Positions 38,914 through 47,852 of a stretch of 64,000 nt of DNA are shown here, one piece after another (the stretch's first letter is position 1; the number at the start of each line of letters is the position of its first letter). The DNA lies in assembly GCA_964187785.1 (NCBI GenBank), contig OZ076409.1, positions 3,970,001 through 4,034,000 on the forward strand, given 5' to 3'. The translations under genes were made by a program, and so were the position numbers. The notes below the pieces were generated by a model, which worked only from the letters and a program-made list of their open reading frames with translations, had not been told where the DNA came from and made no database searches. Source of the DNA: Amphiscolops sp. MND2022 (lineage: Eukaryota).

Positions 38914-39729
38914 AGTAGTAGGGGAAATCCCGATATTGGTCAACAAAACTCCAAAAATTAAAAGATCAAAAAACCCCTGATTTAGAGGCATTTTCCAAAA
39001 ATAAATCACCAAATTAGTGGTTTTCCCTTATCGGTCAACAAAACCCCAAAAATTAAAAAACCCCAAAACCATTGATTTTAAGCACAAAATCAGGCGTTTT
39101 CCAATTCAATCCGCGCGATAGCTACCGCAGCTTCGCAACCAACAAAAAATTCATTTGTTTGTAAAAGCGTCCAAGTAGAACCAACGTTAATGTACGGCCA
39201 ACGTTAATGTACGGCCAAAGTTAATGTACGGCCAACGTTAATGTACGGCCAACGTTAATGTACGCCCAACGTTAATGTACGGCCAACGTTAATGTACGGC
39301 CAACGTTAATATACCGGACTGTGTGCGGAGCTTCGCGTAATACAAATGAATTTCTACCATCCATTAAACACACACACATCTTCGTTAATTGGAGCTTTCG
39401 CAGGAGCTTTCGCAGTTTCCCAATGGTATTTATACAAGTAAAACTAACACCTCTTTGTCTCCTATAGCTTAGTGGTTATAGCATTGACTAAAGTTAAGGC
39501 TTTGGCCGGAGTGTTTGGGGTTCACTTCTATCCAACGTCCCCCTGTCTTTGTTATAACTTACATGCTATGGGAGAATAATCACCAATGGCACAGTTCTGA
39601 AAAAGGATGATCCCTGCTGTGGAAACTCTTAGTGGAACGGACTCCCGATGGGCTTTGAGTTTACCATAGGCATTAGCGTAGCTCCACCAATGCGCGAAGC
39701 TGTGGGCATGCCTATGGATTTTGTATTTT
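38914..39729 (+). repeat. Left terminal inverted repeat (~816 bp)
   Basis: Reverse complement of 53258-54039; contains the 17 bp array CCAACGTTAATGTACGG x7 plus a partial unit (39181-39310). Confidence 0.97.
39457..39575 (+). ncRNA. Candidate Pol III-type structured RNA in the left TIR
   Basis: A-box TAGCTTAGTGG (39465-39475); TCTCCTATAGC pairs with GCTATGGGAGA, and GTTATAGCA with TGTTATAAC; TATA-like motif ~30 nt upstream; divergent homolog at 324-433. Confidence 0.5.
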
Positions 39730-39756
39730 ATATTATAAGTATAACAAATATAATAA

Positions 39757-40165
39757 ATGAAAGTATCTCTCATTCAAAGATTTTATTGAAAAATACAGAC
39801 TAAAAAACGAAGCAACCTCTAATGTAAAAACAAAAGAAATACTTAATAAGCTTCGCATTCAGTGTGGAAGATACATGAGAGATGATAAATTTACAACAGA
39901 TTCAGGAATTGTAAATTTACACCCCTCAGTGGGAACACACTGGGTTATGTGTACAGACAAATACTATTTTGATTCATATGGATGCCCACCCCCAACTAAT
40001 ATACTTAATCACATTAAAAAAGGTATCTATTCAGAATTTCAAATTCAGAAAAATGATAGTTATTGCGCGGCGTATTGTTTATACACACTGTATCTCACAC
40101 AAATTTTAGGGTTCAAAAATGCAGTACTAAATTTATACTATCAAACTTTCAAATTTAATAAATGA
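39757..40165 (+). pseudogene. Adenain-like (C5) cysteine protease
   Basis: IVNL...GTHWV, YYFDSYG, QIQ...YCAAYC (H-D-Q-C); +1 frameshift just after the ATG at 39757. Confidence 0.9.
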
Positions 40166-40344
40166 AGAAAATTAATAATTATTCAGCTCAATATAATATT
40201 ATCTCGGAACAGTTTCACAATCAAAATTATGGAAAAAATACAGCAAAGCCAAAGAGTTTCACACATAAGAAAACATTATCAAAAGATAGGCAAGAATTTA
40301 TAAATAACATTTCCGCTAGTGGATATAAACCATTTCATGCCTAA
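40162..40344 (+). CDS. Small basic hypothetical protein, possible core protein
   Basis: 60 aa; starts in TAAATG context; tightly packed between protease and penton. Confidence 0.5.
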   Translation: MKKINNYSAQYNIISEQFHNQNYGKNTAKPKSFTHKKTLSKDRQEFINNISASGYKPFHA

Positions 40345-40347
40345 TAA

Positions 40348-41361
40348 ATGGATCTATCAAACTTTATAACATATGATAAAAAAGAATCTCTTCTTTTAAA
40401 TATTGCAAAATCTAATCAAGAAATAGTTGAAAATACACATTCAAAACCTCAAGAAACTCTAGAATTGAAAATGACTAAACAAAAAGAATCTTTCTCATTC
40501 GATGTTCCTCTCGTTTTAAATGAAAAATGGATGATGGGAGTAACAAGTTTAGAAGTATACAACACTGTATATAATATCACTAATAGCAATAACAAAATAG
40601 AGATTATTCTGAATGAACAACAACTCGAAGAGCATAGAGTTGACACTGAATTAGTGTCAAATATAAGGAAGTTGTATGAAACATCTGATGATAAAGTTTT
40701 AGAAAAAACTAATACACTTATAACTGATAGTTATTCTAAAAAGAAAAAAAAACTTACTAGAAAAGACGTTAACCAACTCAAGCAATTAACTGAAGTTTTT
40801 AACTATCCTAATCAACAAATACATATTCCCGACTTTGAAATTGAACATGATTCCTTTGGAATACAGTTAATACCAGGAGCATATGAATTAGTTGATATAA
40901 ATAATGCTAATAAACAAAAAATTAATGAAAGTGAATATGATTTTAAAATTGATATAATACCCGACGCAATATCAATGAAATCAGTTTTAACAACCTCAAA
41001 CCCTATTCATTTTAACTCCAGACTTAACAAAGTCCTGGGATTTACAAGAACCGAATATCAAGCGGGAACACACACTTCAGAAAAACCAGTCATGATAACA
41101 ACCACCGATAAAGTTCATCTGAAGTGCGACTGCGTAGATGGTTCAATTGTTAATGGTATACGAGAACAAATTTTATTTTCTTTCAATTTAAGCGCACCTC
41201 CTGGATATAAAATTATAAAAGAACCCACAACTGTTTTGTACAAGCTGATAAACAAAACACGACTGGACACCATCCAATTTTTCCTTGAGGACTCTAACCA
41301 AAACCCAGTTGATTTCAACGGGGAGACACTCACCTTCACAATTCAAATTATCAAAATATGA
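40348..41361 (+). CDS. Minor capsid protein (penton, single jelly-roll)
   Basis: Intact 337 aa; CDCVDGSIVNG...ILFSF...PPGYKIIKEP...LEDSNQNPVDFNGE is the typical Polinton minor capsid C-terminus. Confidence 0.88.
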   Translation: MDLSNFITYDKKESLLLNIAKSNQEIVENTHSKPQETLELKMTKQKESFSFDVPLVLNEKWMMGVTSLEVYNTVYNITNSNNKIEIILNEQQLEEHRVDTELVSNIRKLYETSDDKVLEKTNTLITDSYSKKKKKLTRKDVNQLKQLTEVFNYPNQQIHIPDFEIEHDSFGIQLIPGAYELVDINNANKQKINESEYDFKIDIIPDAISMKSVLTTSNPIHFNSRLNKVLGFTRTEYQAGTHTSEKPVMITTTDKVHLKCDCVDGSIVNGIREQILFSFNLSAPPGYKIIKEPTTVLYKLINKTRLDTIQFFLEDSNQNPVDFNGETLTFTIQIIKI

Positions 41362-41390
41362 TAGGATTTAATACAATTTTTTTCTAATAA

Positions 41391-41822
41391 ATGAGTGTAA
41401 ATAAATTTGAAAACAATTCATATTGTGTTGGTGGAAACCATTATTCCCCCACCACAAATATTTATGGAGATATCAGAAACAATAATGTAAAAATGTTACG
41501 TGGCAACTGTATGATATGTAGCAGAAATAACAGTCTAATTGTATCTGACCGAACAATATATGCAGAAGGATTGGGCGACTTTTTCAAACATATTGGCAAA
41601 GCTGCAAAGAATGTTGGAAAGAAGATACTCAATAATCCAGGCCGCGCACTCGAAATAGCAGCAAATATTGGAACTGCAGCAGCAACTAAAGATCCAAAAC
41701 TTATTGCCGCAACTGCCCCCGACGTCATTAAATTCATTCATCAAGGGAAGGGCCTATACAAAGCCGAAGGTTTGTCGACAAGAACTAATGGTAAAGGCCT
41801 GTATCTGGGGAAAATCCACTAG
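41391..41822 (+). CDS. Zn-ribbon plus amphipathic-helix protein (protein VI / cupiennin-like, putatively membrane-lytic)
   Basis: YC...H...C..C N-terminus, then AEG|LGDFFKHIGKAAKNVGKKIL and two GKG|LY motifs. Confidence 0.65.
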   Translation: MSVNKFENNSYCVGGNHYSPTTNIYGDIRNNNVKMLRGNCMICSRNNSLIVSDRTIYAEGLGDFFKHIGKAAKNVGKKILNNPGRALEIAANIGTAAATKDPKLIAATAPDVIKFIHQGKGLYKAEGLSTRTNGKGLYLGKIH

Positions 41823-41848
41823 TTATATTCATTATATAAATTTAATAA

Positions 41849-42847
41849 ATGTATTCAATTCACACCCGAGATGACTTAGAAAATTTTAAAAAATTACAAG
41901 AAACAAAATCTTTACTAAAAGCTGAAAGATTGAAAGAGAAACTAGGGAAGCAAGACTTTCATTATGATATGGAAGAAGTATTTGAACCCGTAACAGAAAA
42001 CCAAATCCAAATCCAGAAACCAAACCAAATTAAACAACAAGAACTTTCCGAAAAGCAGATACAAGCATTACATGACTCTACTCGCGCGATAGCTAGCGCA
42101 GCTACCACAGCTTCGCAAACTACAACACAAGCAATACAAGACCAAACTAGAGCCATACGAGAATCAAGTAACACAATGCAAAAATCAATGCAACAATCTA
42201 TTAAACAGGGAATTCAAGAATATGATGAAATTACTAACCGTAACAATCAACTCCTTACGAATCTTGTTAATTCAAACCAAGTTGATTCTAGTATTGTAAA
42301 GACAGTTTCCAACCTTCTTAACGACAATAACAAAAGTCAATTTAGTTTAGAACCTGTTAAAGGAAGCGCAAATTTATTCATAATTAACCCCCACAATCCA
42401 CAACAAGTATTAATTAAAAATACTACACTAACCTTCTTGGGTAGTGGTAACACATACGATCTAAATGACCCAGATCTTCAATATTTTATAACTAATACAA
42501 ATTTTGACAAACAAATAAATAACTTGGACACAATTTTTAAGTTCCTAAATGATATGAATTATAACACATCATCGTATGGGGATAAAAAATCAACCAGATA
42601 TCTTTTTATTAAAAGTTTGATTAATCAATATACATATCAACAATCCCAATTAGGGCAATTAGGAAGTGGAGTGGGTGAAATTGCACACGAACCTACACAA
42701 ATCATCTTCCTTCCATCTGATCCAGATGAATTAGTGGATCAATTAAAACTACTTTATTTTGAGATCCTTGGAGGAAATGACTCTTTTCTACTCAATGAAC
42801 AAATTATAGCAATTGCAGATAAACTATTTGTTTATCAGATAAACTAA
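41849..42847 (+). CDS. Conserved Polinton hypothetical protein with C-terminal PSDPDEL motif
   Basis: 332 aa; FEPVTE, LGSG and LPSDPDELVDQLKLL; the 3' end is disturbed by a small duplication. Confidence 0.75.
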   Translation: MYSIHTRDDLENFKKLQETKSLLKAERLKEKLGKQDFHYDMEEVFEPVTENQIQIQKPNQIKQQELSEKQIQALHDSTRAIASAATTASQTTTQAIQDQTRAIRESSNTMQKSMQQSIKQGIQEYDEITNRNNQLLTNLVNSNQVDSSIVKTVSNLLNDNNKSQFSLEPVKGSANLFIINPHNPQQVLIKNTTLTFLGSGNTYDLNDPDLQYFITNTNFDKQINNLDTIFKFLNDMNYNTSSYGDKKSTRYLFIKSLINQYTYQQSQLGQLGSGVGEIAHEPTQIIFLPSDPDELVDQLKLLYFEILGGNDSFLLNEQIIAIADKLFVYQIN

Positions 42848-42981
42848 TGCAATTGCAGAGTATGAATGCATATCACCTTCTCAACACCAAAATATCATTA
42901 GTTCTAGAATGGTTCCGTTTATAGATTGAAGATCATGTAATTTGGATTAGATTCATTACACACCTGGTATTTACTCCCATT

Positions 42982-43995
42982 TTAATCTTCCAATCTATTT
43001 ATTATTAAGTAGTTGTATTTTTCTTTCCATGCCTCTCTACACAAACTTTTGAATTCATCATAAGACATATCAAAACCAGCAATATCTCTATAAATGTGTT
43101 CAACATCTTTCAAGGTTTGTTGAAATAAAATGATTATATTTGAATTGTTTCTAATTGTTCTTTTGGGTACCTCAAAGTAACTCTGACTTAAATAATAAAC
43201 ATCACACAAGTTGTGTCGCCCTCTAGTAAAAAATGGATCTATTAATTTCTGATTGGTGTCTAACATGTCATCAAACACAACACAACAATTTTGAAAATCT
43301 TGAATACTCTCATCACCTAAATCTTCTTCCACTACCATGCCTTGTATTTTTGCACCTAGATCTGCATCCGCATATTGTTCAGGACTTCTCGTAAAGATAT
43401 ATATTTGTTTTTCGCGATAGCTCTCGCGAAGCCCTGCGTTAGCTCTCGCACTATCACTGCAACGCCCTGCATCACTGCAACGCCCTGCATCACTGCAACG
43501 CTCGCCCAATCGAATTAATTGTAACATATTTAATAACAAATGAAATTTACCACAAAATGATGGACCAACTAATAATGTACTATAATGCGTGGGAGCTATC
43601 GTGGGAGTTATCGCGGGAGCTATCGCGTTAGCTGTCGCGGAGCTTCGCGCATCATTATTGGCAGCACATTTAAAAGAATCTTTGATATTAATATAATCTT
43701 GTGCGTTAGCTATCGCGAAGCCCTGTGCGTTAGCTATCGCACGGCCTTGTTGCATATGCTGCTTCTTAATATGAGATTTTAAATAACTTTTATTTAATTC
43801 CCTATTACAAAATTCACACTTCACCTTTTTATTAAAACATTCTATACATGTACTGTACATTTTACCGTTTATATACTTATAAAAATTTGTATTGGAATCT
43901 GTCTTCATTTTATTACACTCTTTACATCTTTTTTCACTAGATCAATCATCACACACTGATTTTTCACAACTTTCATTACAAATTAAGCACTTCAT
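42982..43995 (-). pseudogene. Packaging ATPase 2 with Cys-rich Zn-finger N-terminus
   Basis: LLVGPSFCGKF, VVFDDML, FTRGRHNLCDVYYLSQSYF..IRNN (A32 family); ATG at 43995 followed by an in-frame stop. Confidence 0.88.
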
Positions 43996-44009
43996 TTATT
44001 TAGAGAAAA

Positions 44010-44330
44010 ATCATTAAATTCCTCTCGATTCCTCTAAGAATCACTCAGTTTCTCATCACTAAGTATCACTAAGCTAAATCTCTAAGAACCTCTAAGAATC
44101 ACTAGGTGTCTCTAAGACCCCTTATATTCACTAAATTCCTTTAAATGCCTCTCAGAAGGGCCCCTTAGAGAAACTGAGTGAAACACTAAATGTCTCTAAA
44201 TCCTCTAAATTTCTCTAAGAATCATTCCTCTAAGAATCACTAAGAGTCTCTAAATCCTCTAAATTCCTCTAAGAATCACTATATATTTTTTGTTAATTTC
44301 TTGCTAAATTCCTCTAAGAATCACTATGTT
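44010..44330. repeat. Degenerate CCTCTAAGAATCACT repeat array between the two ATPase genes
   Basis: Repeated CTCTAA(G/A) units, e.g. 44032, 44089, 44227, 44266 and 44311. Confidence 0.75.
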
Positions 44331-44375
44331 TTTTATGTTATTTTTGCCATTTTTTGCTAATTCCTCAGTGTATTT

Positions 44376-45479
44376 TTAGTAAAGTTTTTTTGCATGATCA
44401 AATATAATTTTCTTAAAGTCCTCTTTAACTGAATCACTAATTAGTGGTTGTTGCATACGCTCAACGTAGTTGTCTATTTTGGATTCATTCACTCTGATGT
44501 TATTTGGTTTGCAATGAGCTACATAACAATAAGCTATGTTGAGTGGCGTTATTTCAATTGTCTGGTCGGACATTGCCTCTAAAAATACCTTCAATCTGTT
44601 GTAATCATCACCGGTGAAAAAGTAACTTTCATAAGCAACGAGTTGTTCTGGGCCCCACTTACTCCGTTTGCTCGAATCATAAATTAAATTGTACCCATGG
44701 TTAAATACCTTATATTTCTGACTCCTAGTGTCAAATTCAATTATACCATAATCTAACTGATCGCGGTAGTATTCCCAATTAAGCCCATTCTTAAAAGAAT
44801 AAGCTTGTACAATCGACTCGAAGAAGTTGTCTGGGTTATTAATTGTTAGAAATTATTTACTACAGTTTTCCCTCACGACTGGAAGAACATCCTTTGCATA
44901 GTGAGCGAGATAAATTACTTGAATGTTGTGGTGTCTACCAAACCGAAACACGTCTTCTATGTTTGTTTTAAGATTTTTGAATGCACCTGCATCATCCAAT
45001 ATAACAATCTTATTAGCAAGTTGTCCAGTACTAACATTTGCCAACTGCTGTAGTGGCACAAAGTTTTGAGGGGGAAACTCACGTTCATCTCGCCCGAATA
45101 CTAGATAACTTTGTTGGACCTGTGTTAAATAATGCTTTAGGAAGGATGTCTTCCCAGAGCCACTACTGCCATAGATTATGAAATGCGAGTTGCTATAAGC
45201 GTTGTCCTGTTCTTTAATTTCCTGTTCGCGTTCCTGGTTTGTAAGATGAGAGTATTTGAACCCTGCGAATTGTAGTAGTTTTTTATAAATTGTTTTGAAT
45301 TGTCTAGGGCGAATATAGTTCCAATATATTGCCACAACAATACAAACCACAAAAATTATACACACCACAAACATTGGTTTTGTGATTGTTTTATAGATTT
45401 GTGTTTTCTGAAACCAATGTAGTTTCGCGCAGCTTCGCCCACTGCCTTCATCATTAATCAAACTATAATCAATATTCAT
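44376..45479 (-). pseudogene. Packaging ATPase 1 with N-terminal transmembrane segment
   Basis: MFVVCIIFVVCIVVAIYW; IIYGSSGSGKT; VILDDAGA; FRFGRHHNIQVIYLAH; frameshift near 44855. Confidence 0.88.
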
Positions 45480-45502
45480 TTCTATAGAAGAAATTGTTAT
45501 AA

Positions 45503-46414
45503 ATGAACATCAATCAAAAGGCAAAAGCTGAAACGGAGCTTCGCACAGAGCTTCGCAAAGAGCAGATTGCTAAAGAAATATTCTCTCCTATAATCAAGAA
45601 GTTTCAAAGAATTCAAATACAAAATCACTATAAAAATTAGTGTTGGAGTATCGATTTAATTGATCGCTCAAGTTTAAGTAAATACAACAAAAACTACAAG
45701 TTTATTTTTACAATAATTGACAATCATACTAAATATGCATGGGCGATTCCTCTTAAAGGTAAATCAGGAAAAAGTACAACTGAAGTATTCAAAAAACTAA
45801 TAGAAACTAGTAAAAGAAAACCGCATAAAATTTGGTCTGATAGAGGTAAAGAGTTTTACAACACAACATTTTTACACTATTTAAAAGAGCAAAATATTCA
45901 AATTTATTCAACCAATTCAGATTTGAAAGCTGTTTTTGTTGAACGATTCAATAGAACACTTTTGGATTTAATCAAAGAACCAATGTACATTGAAGGTAAA
46001 GGCAACTGGTTGAATCACATTAATAATGCTTTGGATAAGTATAATAATAGGGTGCATGGTACAACAAAAATGACACCATTTGAAATGAGTTTTAAGATAC
46101 CAATACACGCGATAGCTACCACAGCTTCGCCCAAGTGCCACGCAGCTTCGCCCAAGTTCCAAGTGGATGATTTTGTAAGAGTTCCTGACAAACGGAACAT
46201 TTATTCAAAAGGTTATACAACAAATTGGAATAGAGAATTTTTCAAAATACACAGCATTAATTCAACGAACCCAATAACGTACACTCTAAATGATGAAAAC
46301 GGAGAAATTATTCAGGGAAAATATTATGAACAAGGACTTTTAAGAAGTGTATTCAACTTTGAATCTAACAACAAAACGTTAGAAAGTATGAATATTTTTC
46401 ACAAAATGGAGTAG
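45503..46414 (+). pseudogene. Polinton DDE integrase
   Basis: SIDLID, WSDRGKEF, VERFNRTL; a single in-frame TAG at 45638. Confidence 0.92.
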
Positions 46415-46484
46415 TGTTCCACGCAGTTTTTACACACTTTTCCTCACACTTTTCACGTAGTTTTCCAATAATTTTTTATTATAA

Positions 46485-47743
46485 ATGAGTATGTTCTCTT
46501 TAAAAAATAAATACACTCTTGAGAAACCTATTCATAAAATTGATTTTATAAAGTATAGTCCGAGTAGTTTGGCGACATTCAATAACGCAAACTCGAATGT
46601 AAGTATCAGTTTGCCATGAGAAGATGCTTATATTTGTTTGCAGAACTCCTATTTATCATTAGAATTTGAAGTTCTTAAAAACGATAATACAAGATACACC
46701 AATGGTGATGAAATAAGCCTCGTTAACTTTGGGCCAATCTCTTTATTTAGTGAAGCTAAACTGACAACATCTAGTGGGAAACACCTGGAAAAAGTTGACA
46801 ATTTGCACCAGATTTCTTTAATGCTTAAACTTCTGACAAGCACTAGTCAAACTTCTCAATTGATGTATGGAATTGAAGAAAGTACTACTATCAGAAGACA
46901 AGAACTAACAAACAACAAAAATGAGAAAGGAAACCTTTTTTTGTCCGAATTAAATTAAAAGACCTGTTCGGATTTGCTGATCAAGAAAAAATAACTTATG
47001 GATTGGGCTACACCTTAAGTCTAAAACGTAACAACAACAATGACGCGATTTTAAGAAGTAATACAGTGGATGCAGCAAAAATAAGTGTAAAAGACATTGG
47101 TTGGTATATTCCACACTATACACCCAGCTTGGAAAACCAACAACTTGTCATGGATCAGCTCCTGAATAAAGACCCAACCGAGCTGTATTACACAGAAAGA
47201 AGTGTCTTTAGAAAAGATGTTAACACCAATAATAATTGGACATTTGAATTAGGCAACGCAAGCGGAAATAGCGGCGGCAGCTATCGCGGAAGTGAATCAC
47301 CCACTTTTATTATTGTTGGATTTCAAGCTAGAAATAAAATTGATTCACAAACACATGACAACTCTGTGTTTGACAGGCTGCCAATTAGTAGTGCTGTTTG
47401 TAAAATAGGATCAGAAAAATATCCCGATGATGGAATAGAAAGTGATTACGACCGCGACAAATATGATCAAGCATACAGTGAAATTGAAAACTTTTATCAC
47501 TTGCACTCTGAGTGTAATTTACTCAACCCATTTATTGATTTGCACAAATTCAGGACAAATTATAATTTTTATGTATTTGACCTGAGCAAACAAAAAGACC
47601 AAATTGCAAGTCAACCAATCCGTTTAGAATTTAAATTTAGCAATCAAATTGATGTAGCAGACTACATAGCTTATGCACTTGTACTAACCCCAAAACTAAT
47701 AAGTATTAGTAGTGATGGACAAAGGCATTTTGATTTATTATAA
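46485..47743 (+). pseudogene. Major capsid protein (double jelly-roll) of Polinton B
   Basis: Same motifs as 31526-32752; TGA at 46617 and a frameshift near 46935. Confidence 0.88.
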
Positions 47744-47852
47744 AAGATCTGCCGAAGATCTGCCGACCTTCTTTAATACATAAAATAATGATGATATTTA
47801 TAAAATGATAATAATAAAAAAAATGTAATTAGCTTCGCATAGCTTCACGCAA

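Noticed and set aside
39181..39310. CRISPR-like array
   Set aside because: Contiguous 17 bp tandem units with no unique spacers and no cas genes, in a eukaryotic context.
39457..39540. Canonical tRNA gene in the TIR
   Set aside because: The D-arm is tRNA-like, but the anticodon loop is 4 nt and the T-loop and acceptor geometry fail; kept only as a candidate ncRNA.
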